A stretch of DNA of 64,000 nt from Candidatus Nitrosocosmicus sp. (lineage in GTDB: Bacteria; Methylomirabilota; Methylomirabilia; Rokubacteriales; CSP1-6). The DNA lies in assembly GCA_035654455.1 (NCBI GenBank), contig DASRWT010000033.1, positions 3,975 through 67,974 on the forward strand, in the 5' to 3' direction. A program made the translations under genes and the position numbers. Numbering within the stretch: the stretch's first letter is position 1; each line of letters begins with the position of its first letter. Below, one piece after another: positions 1 to 8,833 of the stretch. Below the pieces are notes generated by a model, which was not told where the DNA came from, ran no database searches, and saw only the letters and a list, made by a program, of their open reading frames with translations.

Positions 1-671
1 AGCACCACCGTCACCGGGCTCTGGCTCGCTCGCGGCGCGGAGTGCAGCAGGGTGTCGAGGAGCAGGCTGGGGTAGTCCTTGATCGGCCGCACCGGATAGG
101 AGGCGAAGAACTCCGGAAACACCCGATTGAGCAGGGTGCGGTTCTCCAGGACATAGGAGACGCCGCTGGGCACCCGGCAATTGTCCTCCAGCACGAGGTA
201 GCGGCCCTTCCCGTCCCGGATGATGTCGGTGCCGACCACGTGGGTGAAGATCTTCCGCGGCGGCGCCACCCCGCGCAGCTCGCGCTTGTATTCCTTGCGC
301 GAGAGCACGAGCTCGGGAGGAATGACCTTGTCGTGGAGGCACTTCTGGTCGCCGTAGATGTCGAGGAGGAAGAGGTTCAGCGCGGTGATGCGCTGGACGA
401 GGCCGTCCTGGATCTGCTTCCACTCCGGGGCGGGGATGATGCGGGGCACGAAGTCGAAGGGAAAGATGCGCTCGAGCCCCTCCTTCTCGCCGTAGACGGT
501 GAAGGTGATGCCCTGGTTCATGAGGGCCAGGCGCTGGAGGCGCTCGCGGCGCGCCACGTCCTCGAGGGTGAAGGACTCGAGGATGGAGATGAGCGAGGCG
601 TAGTGCGGGCGCGGACTCTGGCCCCGCCCGAACACCTCGTCGAAGCCCGACTTCGCCGCCACCCACTTCAT
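1..671 (-). CDS. circularly permuted type-2 ATP-grasp protein (COG2308-like), N-terminal part; gene runs off the window
   Basis: Absent from the ORF track because it has no stop in the window. Reverse-strand ATG at 671 opens MKWVAAKSGFDEVFGRGQSPRPHYASLISILESF...GITFTVYGEKEGLERIFPFDFVPRIIPAPEWKQIQDGLVQRITALNLFLLDIYG...RVPSGVSYVLENR. I recognise this pattern from CP_ATPgrasp_2 proteins. Third positions are G/C-rich throughout. Confidence 0.75.
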   Translation of the reverse strand, partial: MKWVAAKSGFDEVFGRGQSPRPHYASLISILESFTLEDVARRERLQRLALMNQGITFTVYGEKEGLERIFPFDFVPRIIPAPEWKQIQDGLVQRITALNLFLLDIYGDQKCLHDKVIPPELVLSRKEYKRELRGVAPPRKIFTHVVGTDIIRDGKGRYLVLEDNCRVPSGVSYVLENRTLLNRVFPEFFASYPVRPIKDYPSLLLDTLLHSAPRASQSPVTVV

Positions 672-701
672 AACAATTGGCAGATGGTAGACTGCCCGCA
701 G

Positions 702-1238
702 ATGAGCGTCAACGAATCCCTCCGTCTGCTCACGCCGGACGGCGTGCGCTTCTGCCCGCTCTGCGGCGGCGCGCTGGAGCGCCGGCCCGTCCCGCCCGAG
801 GGCCGGCACGAGCCCGTGTGCACGGGCTGCGGATTCGTCTTCTATCTCAACCACAAGGTAGTCGCGGGAACCATTCCGGAGTCCGACGGCCGGATCCTGC
901 TCACGAGGCGGGCAATCAATCCGTCCTACGGGAAGTGGACCTTTCCGGGCGGCTTCGTGGACTGGGGTGAGCCGGTCGAGACGGCGGCGGTGCGCGAGAC
1001 CTGGGAGGAGACGGGACTTCGCGTGAGCCTCGGGGGCCTGGTGGGCGTCTACTCCTATCCCGGGTCACCCATCGTGATCGTGGTGTACCGCGCCGCCGTC
1101 ACCGGCGGCACCCTGGCCACCTGTCACGAGAACGATCGGGTGGAGTGGGTGGCTCCGGCGGACATCCCATGGGAGGAGCTGGCCTTCCCCTCCACCCACG
1201 AGGCGCTGCGGGAATTCCTGGCCGCCCCGCGCGCCTAG
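702..1238 (+). CDS. NUDIX hydrolase with N-terminal zinc ribbon
   Basis: C-terminal part of ORF 42..1238. Nudix box GGFVDWGEPVETAAVRETWEETGL; CPLCGG...CTGCG zinc ribbon. Start set at ATG 702 (MSVNESL), with TAGACT at 688-693 lying 8 nt upstream. ATG 684 is the alternative. The ORF upstream of 684 is antisense to the ATP-grasp gene. Confidence 0.85.
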   Translation: MSVNESLRLLTPDGVRFCPLCGGALERRPVPPEGRHEPVCTGCGFVFYLNHKVVAGTIPESDGRILLTRRAINPSYGKWTFPGGFVDWGEPVETAAVRETWEETGLRVSLGGLVGVYSYPGSPIVIVVYRAAVTGGTLATCHENDRVEWVAPADIPWEELAFPSTHEALREFLAAPRA

Positions 1239-1264
1239 CGGATTCGCTTCCGTCCGCGGGCGCC

Positions 1265-1714
1265 TCAGTCCTCGCGCGAGGCCAGGGCGGCGGTGGCGCG
1301 CCCGGTGACGACCTTTTCCCCCTTCTGATTCTCCGCCCAGAGCTCGAGATCGACCTGGCCCGCCCCGTGGCCCGCCTCCTTCGCGGGCCGCTTCGCGACG
1401 ACCTTGCCGCGGCAGGTGATGACATCGCCCAGGCGCACCAGGCCGGCGAAGCGCACGCCGACTTTCTGCGGGGTGCCCACGCCCAGCCAATCCGTCACCG
1501 ACTGAGCCACGAAGCCCATGGAGAGCATGCCGTGACCGAAGACGTCGCCCATGCCCGCGGCGCGGGCGAAGGCGGCGTCCTGGTGAATGGGATTGAAGTC
1601 GCCGGAGGCGCCCGCATAGCGCGTGAGCTGGATCTGCTCGATGGGCCCCTTGACCAGCGGGGGCATCTCGCTGCCGACCTCGACGTCCTCGAAGTAGACC
1701 TTGGCGTATTTCAT
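1265..1714 (-). CDS. MaoC-like (R)-specific enoyl-CoA hydratase/dehydratase, hotdog fold
   Basis: 149 aa. YAGASGDFNPIHQD...FGHGMLSMG is the MaoC dehydratase signature region. It lies 7 nt downstream of its partner gene 1722..2177. Confidence 0.85.
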   Translation of the reverse strand: MKYAKVYFEDVEVGSEMPPLVKGPIEQIQLTRYAGASGDFNPIHQDAAFARAAGMGDVFGHGMLSMGFVAQSVTDWLGVGTPQKVGVRFAGLVRLGDVITCRGKVVAKRPAKEAGHGAGQVDLELWAENQKGEKVVTGRATAALASRED

Positions 1715-1721
1715 GGCGTCC

Positions 1722-2177
1722 TCACAGGCGAACGACGGTGATGCCGCGGACCTTGGCCACCACGTCGTTGTCGGCGTCGGTGATGGTGGTCTCGCGCACC
1801 ACGAAGGCCATGGGGCCGGACTTGCCGGATTTCTCGTAGATGTCGGAGATCCGCGCGCGGCACAGCAGGGTGTCGCCGGGCCGGATGGGCTTCCACTGCT
1901 CGAACTCCTGCTCTCCGTGGAGGATGCGGGAGATGTCGGTGCCCAGATCCTTCAAGAGAGAGCCCGTATCCGCCTTCTCGTCCTTGAAGGTGATGGCGAA
2001 GGTGGGGGGGGCGATGATGTCGCCCCACGGAGACGCGCGCCCCACCTCGTCGTCGAGGTAGAAGGGGGAGAGGTCGCCGATGGCGCGCGCGAACTCCTTG
2101 ATCTTGCCCCGCTCCACGTGAACCACATAGGGCGCGTACTCCTTGCCCTTGATGCTCGTATTGATCTGGATGGGCAT
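1722..2177 (-). CDS. MaoC N-terminal-like hotdog subunit (HadA / FAS1-dehydratase-type partner)
   Basis: 151 aa (MPIQINTSIKGKEYAPYVVHVERGKIKEFARAIGD...HGEQEFEQWKPIRPGD). This is the pattern of the non-catalytic partner in heterodimeric MaoC hydratases. It is adjacent to and co-directional with 1265..1714. Confidence 0.75.
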   Translation of the reverse strand: MPIQINTSIKGKEYAPYVVHVERGKIKEFARAIGDLSPFYLDDEVGRASPWGDIIAPPTFAITFKDEKADTGSLLKDLGTDISRILHGEQEFEQWKPIRPGDTLLCRARISDIYEKSGKSGPMAFVVRETTITDADNDVVAKVRGITVVRL

Positions 2178-2186
2178 GGGATCTCC

Positions 2187-2594
2187 TCAGCGGGCGGGGC
2201 TGCCCTTGGCCATGGCGCGCTCGAGGAAGCGCGCGAGATTTCCGACGATGAAGCGCTCGTGACGGCCCTCGACGATCTTCTCCACCTCGTCCCAGGCTTC
2301 CACCGTGAAGAGCACGCGCTTGCCGTCGGTCTCGACGATGGTCGCGCGGGCCCGCACCGTCATCCCCAGCGGGGTGGCGGCGAGATGCCTCATCTCCACC
2401 ATGGTGCCCACCGACCCGCCGCCGGCGGGGAGGTGAGGCCTGAGGACCGCGCTGGACGTGCTCTCGAGCAAGGCGATCACGCAGGGAGTGGCATAGACGA
2501 GGACGCCCGGATTCCCCAGGCTGTCCGCCGTGAGCTCGCGGGTGACGGTGAGGGAAGTCTCGGCGGACATGCCCGGCGCCAGCGTCGAGGTCAT
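2187..2594 (-). CDS. thioesterase-superfamily hotdog protein (FlK-like acyl-CoA thioesterase)
   Basis: 135 aa. The layout ...VYATPCVIALLESTSS...GSVGTMVEMRHLAATPLGMTV...GRHERFIV resembles fluoroacetyl-CoA-thioesterase-type hotdog proteins. Same operon as the MaoC pair. Confidence 0.65.
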   Translation of the reverse strand: MTSTLAPGMSAETSLTVTRELTADSLGNPGVLVYATPCVIALLESTSSAVLRPHLPAGGGSVGTMVEMRHLAATPLGMTVRARATIVETDGKRVLFTVEAWDEVEKIVEGRHERFIVGNLARFLERAMAKGSPAR

Positions 2595-2628
2595 GGGTCT
2601 CTCTTCTACCGCGACCGGCGCGCCGGGG

Positions 2629-3363
2629 TCAACGGGCGGGGAAGAGGACCATCTGCAGGCCGCAGAGCACGAGCAGGGTCTCGATCAGGCGCAGGAAGGT
2701 CCGCTCGGTCATCCGGTCGAGGAGCCGGCGGCCGATCCACGCCCCCGCGATCATGATGACGCCGATGTAGATCCCCACCGTGACGGTGGATTCCGTCAGC
2801 AGGTGATAGCGCTGGAACACGACGCCCCGGGTGAAGTAGGAGCCGACGGTGCAGAGGGCATCCGTGGAGACATAGGCCCCGCGAAGGAGGCCATAGCCCA
2901 GGAAGAATGGGCTCAGGATCGGGCCCACCCCGCCCACCAGGGAGGACAGGAAGCCGAACACCCCGCCGATGAGGGGAAAGTGGGCCAGGCGCACCCGCAT
3001 GCCGCGAGCCTTGAGCCACCGGCGGCCAGGGACGGCGACGAGGAGGAAGCCGCCCAGCAGGCGGCTGATCCACGCGCCCTCGATGGACGAGTAGAGGATG
3101 GCGCCCACCACGCCCATGGGGATGGCGCCCACCAGGTAAGCCCCCACCACGCGATAGTCGATCTCGCGGCGGCTGAACCAGACGCGCGCGCCATTGCCGA
3201 TGAACATGCCGATGGTGAGCACGGGCACGGTGGCCTTGGCGCCGAGGGTCCACGCGATGACGGGAATCATCATGGCGCCGGTGCCGAAGCCGGCCACGCC
3301 GCCGATGGAGGAGGCGACCATGGCGGCCACGCCCAGCGCGAGCCAGCCGGACGGCTCCGGCAC
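2629..3363 (-). CDS. TauE/SafE family anion (sulfite/organosulfonate) exporter
   Basis: 244 aa, multi-pass hydrophobic protein with repeated GxGGG-type motifs (SSIGGVAGFGTGAMMIPV, SLVGGVGPILSPF) typical of TauE/SafE permeases. Confidence 0.8.
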   Translation of the reverse strand: MPEPSGWLALGVAAMVASSIGGVAGFGTGAMMIPVIAWTLGAKATVPVLTIGMFIGNGARVWFSRREIDYRVVGAYLVGAIPMGVVGAILYSSIEGAWISRLLGGFLLVAVPGRRWLKARGMRVRLAHFPLIGGVFGFLSSLVGGVGPILSPFFLGYGLLRGAYVSTDALCTVGSYFTRGVVFQRYHLLTESTVTVGIYIGVIMIAGAWIGRRLLDRMTERTFLRLIETLLVLCGLQMVLFPAR

Positions 3364-3364
3364 C

Positions 3365-4156
3365 CTAGCGGCGAGCCGGGCGGGGTCGCGATCCCTTGAG
3401 CGGCATGAGGCCGTTCAGCGCGAGCCGGCCTCCGTCCACGTACACGGTGGTCCCGGTCATGTAGGAGGACGCGTCGGTGGCGAGGAACAGCGCCACGGAG
3501 GCGATCTCCCGGGGGTCGGCCACCCGCTGCATGGGCGTGCGCGAGTACACGGCGTCGCGCCAGGCCTTCTTGCGGAGGAGATGCCGGGTGAGGCCTGTCA
3601 CCACGGTACCGGGGCCGATGGCGTTCACGCGGATGCCGTACGGCGCCAGCGAGATCGCCATGGCCTTGGTGAGCTGGCGCACCGCGCCCTTGGCGGCGCC
3701 GTAGGCTGCGGATTCCGGCCGCACCACCTCCGCGTTCACGGAAGAGAGCGTGATGATGACGCCGCGCCGGCGGGGGACCATCCGCCGCGCCGCCGCCTGC
3801 GCGACGAGAAAGGTGCCCTTGAGGTTGGTATCGAGCACGCGGTCCCAGGTTTCCTCGGACAGCTCCAGGAAGGGCACGATGGGCTCGATGGCGGCGTTGG
3901 TCACCGCGATGTCGAGCCGCTTCCACCTGCGCTCGATGGCGGCGAAGCCCGCCGCCACCGACGCGGAGTCGGCCACGTCCATGTGCAGCGCGAGCCCGCG
4001 CCCCGGGCCCAGCCCGCGCGCGGTGGTGGCGGCGGTGCGTGGGTCGATGTCCGCCACCGCGACGCGCGCGCCCTCGCGGGCGAAGGCGCGCGCGATGGCC
4101 TCCCCGATGCCGCGCCCGGCGCCGGTGACGAGCGCGACCTGATTTCGTAATCGCAT
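3365..4156 (-). CDS. SDR family oxidoreductase (FabG-like)
   Basis: 263 aa. Cofactor motif VALVTGAGRGIGEAIA, NAA and YGAAK catalytic motifs. SD GAGGAGG lies 10 nt upstream of ATG 4156. Confidence 0.9.
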   Translation of the reverse strand: MRLRNQVALVTGAGRGIGEAIARAFAREGARVAVADIDPRTAATTARGLGPGRGLALHMDVADSASVAAGFAAIERRWKRLDIAVTNAAIEPIVPFLELSEETWDRVLDTNLKGTFLVAQAAARRMVPRRRGVIITLSSVNAEVVRPESAAYGAAKGAVRQLTKAMAISLAPYGIRVNAIGPGTVVTGLTRHLLRKKAWRDAVYSRTPMQRVADPREIASVALFLATDASSYMTGTTVYVDGGRLALNGLMPLKGSRPRPARR

Positions 4157-4206
4157 TCGACGAAAACCTCCTCGATATTGCTGAACAGCCCGGCTAGTAT
4201 ACTCTG

Positions 4207-5391
4207 GTGTCCGTCGCCCTCGCCGCGCTTGGCGCGCTGGTGGTCTCGCTCGACGCCTCGGTGAACATCGCGTTTCCCGCCATGTCGGCGGCCTTCGGGG
4301 TGGGCCCGGTCTCGATTCGCTGGGTGATCGTCTGCTACGTGCTCACCTACGCGCTCACCGCCTTTGGCGCCGGCCTGCTCGCCGATCGCTTCGGGCCGGG
4401 CCCGGTGTTCACGGCCGGACTCTGGATCTCCGCCGCCGCCTTCGCGGGCTATCTCGCGGTGGGGTCCTTCGGCTTCCTCCTCGCCGCTCGCGTCCTGCAG
4501 GGTGTAGGCGGCGGCCTCATCTACGGCACCGCGCCTGCGCTGATCACGCTGGCGCTGCCGCGGGAGCGCCACGGATTCGGGCTCGGCCGCCTCGCGCTCG
4601 GCATGGGGATCGGGCTGGCGGCGGGGCCCATCATCGGGGGCGCCCTGGTGGACGCGTCCGGCTGGCGCGCGGTCTTTCTCTATCGCGCGCCGCTCGCCCT
4701 CACGGTGGGCGCGGCTTCGCTGCTGCTCCTGCCGCGCGGCGGCCGAGGCGGCGCGTGGCGCCTGCCGCCGCGGGAAGAATGGCTGCGCGGCCGCGTGCTG
4801 GGCGCGCTGCTCCTCGCCGCCCTCGCGAACTGGGCGCAGTTCGCCGTGTGGCTCCTGGTGCCGTACTACCTCGTGGGCGTGCTCGGTCTGCCCGCTGCCC
4901 GCGCGGGGTTCCTCTTCATGATGACGCCGCTGAGCACCGCCGCCATGGCGCCGCTGGCCGGCCGCATCACCGATCGCGCGGGTCCGCGGCTGCCCATCAC
5001 GCTGGGGCTGACCGTCGAGGCCGCCGGGCTCCTTCTCATCAGCCGTCTCGACGCGTCCTCGTCGTGGCCCGTGGTCGGCATGGCGCTGGCGCTGGTGGGC
5101 CTGGGCCTCGGCTTCTTCCAGGTGCCCAATCTCGCCCAGGTGATGCGGGCCTTCCCCGCCGCGCGGCAGGGCGCGGCGGGCGGCCTGGCGTTCATGAGCC
5201 GCACGCTGGGCATCGTCGCCGGCGTCCAGGTCTCCGCGTCGGTGTTCGGCGGCCTCGAGCGCGTGCTGGGCTGGAGCGGAGCGTTCACCGCCGCCTTCGC
5301 GGTCGCCGGCGGCGTGTGCGCCCTCGCGGCGGCGTTCGCGCTGATCTCGATTCGACCCGCGCCCGCGGGGGGGTTGCGGGGGGCGCTATGA
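4207..5391 (+). CDS. MFS transporter
   Basis: 394 aa, about 12 hydrophobic segments. The N-terminus LGALVVSLDASVNIAFPAM and the GRITDRAGPR loop are typical of the drug:H+ antiporter-type MFS group. GTG start, with TAGTAT/TATACT directly upstream. Confidence 0.85.
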   Translation: MSVALAALGALVVSLDASVNIAFPAMSAAFGVGPVSIRWVIVCYVLTYALTAFGAGLLADRFGPGPVFTAGLWISAAAFAGYLAVGSFGFLLAARVLQGVGGGLIYGTAPALITLALPRERHGFGLGRLALGMGIGLAAGPIIGGALVDASGWRAVFLYRAPLALTVGAASLLLLPRGGRGGAWRLPPREEWLRGRVLGALLLAALANWAQFAVWLLVPYYLVGVLGLPAARAGFLFMMTPLSTAAMAPLAGRITDRAGPRLPITLGLTVEAAGLLLISRLDASSSWPVVGMALALVGLGLGFFQVPNLAQVMRAFPAARQGAAGGLAFMSRTLGIVAGVQVSASVFGGLERVLGWSGAFTAAFAVAGGVCALAAAFALISIRPAPAGGLRGAL

Positions 5392-5440
5392 TGGTCCCGT
5401 CATGCCGGCCCGACCACTCCCGCTCTCGAACGGAGGCGCC

Positions 5441-5896
5441 ATGTCGATGCTGATCGCGCTCGCTCTCGCCCTGATCGTGGCCGCGCCGGCGGTCGCGGCC
5501 GCCGCCGAGCCCACGCCGTCGCCGGCCAGCCGCGGTCCCCTGCAGACACCCGCGGAGGAGGAGTATGGCAAGGGCATGCGCGCCAAGCGCGCGAAGGAAT
5601 GGTCGGTGGCGGTGGCGTCCTTCCAGAAGGCGACCGAGCTCAAGCCCGACTTCCCGGAAGCGTGGAACGAGCTGGGCTATGCGCTCCGCAACGTGGGCAA
5701 CTATCCCCAGTCGGTGAAGGCCTATGACGAGGCGCTGCGCCTCAAGCCCCGCTTCCCGGAGGCGCTCGAGTATCTCGGCGAAGCCTACGTGAAGATGGGC
5801 CAGGTCGAGGAGGCGCGGAAGGTGCTGGAGCGTCTCAAGCCCATGGACCGCAAGCGCGCCCAGGAGCTGGCGGACGAGATCGCCAAGGCGAAATAG
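5441..5896 (+). CDS. secreted TPR-repeat protein
   Basis: Signal peptide MSMLIALALALIVAAPAVAAAA followed by TPR units (AWNELGYALRNVGNYPQSVKAYDEALRLKPRFPEALEYLGEAY). SD GGAGG lies 4 nt before ATG 5441. The track start at 5402 is an upstream in-frame alternative. Confidence 0.75.
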   Translation: MSMLIALALALIVAAPAVAAAAEPTPSPASRGPLQTPAEEEYGKGMRAKRAKEWSVAVASFQKATELKPDFPEAWNELGYALRNVGNYPQSVKAYDEALRLKPRFPEALEYLGEAYVKMGQVEEARKVLERLKPMDRKRAQELADEIAKAK

Positions 5897-5902
5897 GGCC
5901 GG

Positions 5903-7480
5903 CTACACGTAGAGCCGCTCGAAGTACTCGCGCACCATCCGGTCGGAGGAGAAGCGCTCCACGCCCATCCTGATGGAGGCGCGCATCATCCGCGTCCACC
6001 GCGCGGGGTCCGCCCAGGCCGGAAGCACCTCTCCTTCCAGGGTGTCGTACAGCGCGGCGAGATCCCGGCTGTCGGCGTCGGGCGGCTCGGTGGCGTCCCC
6101 GATGGCCCAGCCGGTGACCCCGTGCTCACAGCCCTCCGGCCACCAGCCGTCCAGCACCGAGAGATTGAGCACGCCGTTCATGGCCGCCTTCATCCCCGAC
6201 GTGCCCGAGGCCTCGAGTGGCCGGCGCGGATTGTTGAGCCACACGTCGCAGCCGCGCGTGAGCAGCCGCCCCAGCCCCATGTCGTAGTTCTCGAGGAAGG
6301 CGATGGACTCCGGCCACTGGCGGATGGTGCGGACCAGATTCGCGATCACCGCCTTGCCTTCCCCGTCCGCCGGGTGCGCCTTGCCCGCGAAGAGCACCTG
6401 CACGCGCCCTTCCTTGAGGAGGCGGGCGAGGCGCTGGGGCTCGCGGAGGAGCAGATCCGGGCGCTTGTAGGTGGCGGCGCGCCGGGCGAAGCCGATGGTC
6501 AGGGCGTCCGGATCCATGCGCACGCCGGTGCGGCGCGCCACCTCCGCGAGGAGCTCTTCCTTCAGCTCGCGCCGGGTGGCGCGGAGCGCGCCGTCGCTGG
6601 ACAGGGCCGAGGGCACGCGCGGGTCCTGCCAGGTGCCCACGTGCACGCCGTTGGTGATGGCGATGATGGGCGCGGCGCCCTCCACGCCCGCCCACATCTT
6701 GCGCGAGGTCTCCCCGTGGAGCTGGGCCACTGCATTGGACCGATGCGCGAGGCGCAGCCCCGCCACCGTCATGTTGAAGGGATCGCCGCCCAGCGCGTGC
6801 AGCTCGGCGGGCACGAGGCCGCAGTCGGCGCCGAGCCGGTGGAGATCGGCGAGCGGATGCGCCTCGTTGCCGGCCGGCACCGGCGTGTGGGTGGTGAAGA
6901 CCATGGCGGGACGCACCGCCGCCCACGCCTCCTCGAACTGGCGCCCGGCCTCCATCCGGTCGGCGATGAGCTCGAGGCCGGCGAACACCGCATGTCCCTC
7001 GTTGAAGTGGTAGAGATCCACCGGCTGGTGCATGGCCTGGAGCGCGCGCACGCCGCCGATGCCGAGCAGCATCTCCTGGGCGATGCGGCAGTCGGGGCGG
7101 GGATCGTAGAGGCGCCGGGTGATCCAGAGGTCGCGCGGATCGGTGGGCTCGAGGAGAAAGAGCGGCGCGATCTGGTAGCGCGCCACCCGCCACACGCGGC
7201 ACTCGACTTCACGGGTGGCCACCCGCACCCGCACCCGGGTGCCGGTGTCGGTGAGGAAGTCGGGCTTGTGCTCGTGCCATTCGTCCACGGGCTGGCCGTC
7301 CTCGCCGATGCGCTGGGCGGTATAGCCCTGCGCCCAGCGCAGCCCGATGCCGACCACCGGCATGCCGAGATCGCCCGCCGACTTCATGAAGTCCCCGGCG
7401 AGGACGCCGAGCCCGCCGGCGTAGGAGGGGAACTCCTCGTGCAATCCGTACTCCATGGAAAAATACGCGACAAGGGGCAT
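5903..7480 (-). CDS. alpha-glucan (glycogen/maltodextrin) phosphorylase, short form
   Basis: N-terminus MPLVAYFSMEYGLHEEFPSYAGGLGVLAGD, FNEGHA, and the PLP-lysine region EASGTSGMKAAMNG. The 139 codons upstream in ORF 5903..7900 are RPG-rich and not protein-like, so the start is placed at ATG 7480. Confidence 0.85.
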   Translation of the reverse strand: MPLVAYFSMEYGLHEEFPSYAGGLGVLAGDFMKSAGDLGMPVVGIGLRWAQGYTAQRIGEDGQPVDEWHEHKPDFLTDTGTRVRVRVATREVECRVWRVARYQIAPLFLLEPTDPRDLWITRRLYDPRPDCRIAQEMLLGIGGVRALQAMHQPVDLYHFNEGHAVFAGLELIADRMEAGRQFEEAWAAVRPAMVFTTHTPVPAGNEAHPLADLHRLGADCGLVPAELHALGGDPFNMTVAGLRLAHRSNAVAQLHGETSRKMWAGVEGAAPIIAITNGVHVGTWQDPRVPSALSSDGALRATRRELKEELLAEVARRTGVRMDPDALTIGFARRAATYKRPDLLLREPQRLARLLKEGRVQVLFAGKAHPADGEGKAVIANLVRTIRQWPESIAFLENYDMGLGRLLTRGCDVWLNNPRRPLEASGTSGMKAAMNGVLNLSVLDGWWPEGCEHGVTGWAIGDATEPPDADSRDLAALYDTLEGEVLPAWADPARWTRMMRASIRMGVERFSSDRMVREYFERLYV

Positions 7481-7542
7481 GGACGGTCGAATCCTCCGGT
7501 TCAGTGTGCCGGCGCATCGAACAGGCCGGTCGTCCCAGTGTA

Positions 7543-8805
7543 CTAGGCCGGACCGCGCCAGCAGCCGGTGATCAGGCGGGCGCCCCGCTTCCAGGTGGTA
7601 TAGGCCCATGCCCACTCGAAGAGGACGAGGAAGCGGTTCCGGAAGCCGATGAGAAACGCGATGTGCACTCCAAGCCAGGCCAGCCAGGCAGGCAAGCCCG
7701 AAAGCCGGAGGGGGCCGACCACGGCGACCGCGGAGGCGCGGCCCACGGTCGCCATGCTGCCGCGGTCGCGATAGCGGAAGGGCAGCGTGGTCTCGCCGGC
7801 AAGGCGGCGCCAGGCATTGACGGCGGCCGCCCGTCCCTGCTGGATCGCCACCGGCGCCACGCCGGGCAGTGGTCCCTCCGTCCCGTGGCTGAAGGCGCAC
7901 AGATCGCCGGCCACGAAGATCTCCGGATGCCCCGGCACCGAGAGGTCGGGAGCGACGGGAATGCGACCGGCGCGATCCAGCGGGACGCCGAGGGTGCGGG
8001 CCAGCGGCGCCGCCGCCACGCCGGCCGCCCAGAGCACCGCGCGGGAGCGGATCTGTTCGCCGCCCACCCAGACCGCGTCGGGCGTGATGCGGGTGACGAG
8101 GGCGCCCGTGCGCACCTCCACGCCGATGCGCTCGAGGCTCTTCGCCGCCGAGCGGGCCAGGGGCTCCGGAAACGAGGCCAGGATCCGGGCGCCGCCCTCG
8201 AGGAGGACCACGCGCGCCTGGGTGGGGTCGATGGCGCGGAAGTCCCGGGCGATGGTGTGGCGCGCGATCTCGGCCAGCGCGCCCGCCAGCTCCACGCCGG
8301 TGGGGCCGCCGCCGATGACCACGAGGGTCAGGAGCGCGCGGCGCTCGGCGCCGTCCTCAGCCCGCTCGGCGGCCTCGAAGGCCAGCAGCACGCGCCGGCG
8401 GATCTCCAGCGCGTCCTCGAGCGTCTTGAGGCCCGGCGCCAGCGCCTCCCAGTCGTCGTGGCCGAAGTAGGAGTGGGTGGCGCCGGCGGCGAGAATGAGC
8501 GCGTCATAGGCCAGCTCGCCGTCGTCGAGCACCACGCGGCGCGCGTGGGGCTCGACGCGCTCGGCGGCGGCGAGGATCACGCGCGTGTCGAGCGCCTTGC
8601 GAAGGACGGAGCGGAGCGGCGTGGCGATGTCGGCGGGGGAGAGCCCCGCGGTGGCGACCTGGTACAGCAAGGGCTGGAAGAGATGATGGTTGCGGCGGTC
8701 CACCAGGGTCACGCGCGCGGCACGCCGCGCGAGGACACGCGCCGCGTTGAGCCCGGCGAAGCCGCCTCCCACGATCACCACGTGCGGCTTCGCGGTCCCG
8801 GGCAT
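7543..8805 (-). CDS. ndh: type II NADH dehydrogenase (NDH-2) / FAD-dependent pyridine nucleotide-disulfide oxidoreductase
   Basis: PHVVIVGGGFAGL and VVIGGGPTGVELAGAL dinucleotide folds, FVAGD motif, hydrophobic C-terminal tail. The upstream in-frame codons (ATT ATA TCC CAA GAT) have atypical third positions, so the start is set at ATG 8805. Confidence 0.85.
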   Translation of the reverse strand: MPGTAKPHVVIVGGGFAGLNAARVLARRAARVTLVDRRNHHLFQPLLYQVATAGLSPADIATPLRSVLRKALDTRVILAAAERVEPHARRVVLDDGELAYDALILAAGATHSYFGHDDWEALAPGLKTLEDALEIRRRVLLAFEAAERAEDGAERRALLTLVVIGGGPTGVELAGALAEIARHTIARDFRAIDPTQARVVLLEGGARILASFPEPLARSAAKSLERIGVEVRTGALVTRITPDAVWVGGEQIRSRAVLWAAGVAAAPLARTLGVPLDRAGRIPVAPDLSVPGHPEIFVAGDLCAFSHGTEGPLPGVAPVAIQQGRAAAVNAWRRLAGETTLPFRYRDRGSMATVGRASAVAVVGPLRLSGLPAWLAWLGVHIAFLIGFRNRFLVLFEWAWAYTTWKRGARLITGCWRGPA

Positions 8806-8833
8806 GTCCGCATCTTGGGATATAATCCCCTCC

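Noticed and set aside
42-683. N-terminal 214 codons of ORF 42..1238, which would make a 398-aa NUDIX fusion
   Set aside because: This part is the antisense of the well-supported ATP-grasp gene (1..671, minus strand) and is not protein-like. The NUDIX homology begins only after 684/702.
2004-2011. G8 homopolymer inside the MaoC-N-like gene (codons GCC CCC CCC ACC on the coding strand), considered as a phase-variation tract
   Set aside because: It encodes the conserved APPT segment in frame. Short G/C runs are expected at this GC content, and there is no sign of a frameshifted copy.
7481-7900. Upstream extension of the phosphorylase ORF (5903..7900)
   Set aside because: The RPG-rich extension overlaps the 3' end of the NDH-2 gene in another frame. 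The conserved phosphorylase N-terminus (MPLVAYFSMEYG) starts at 7480.
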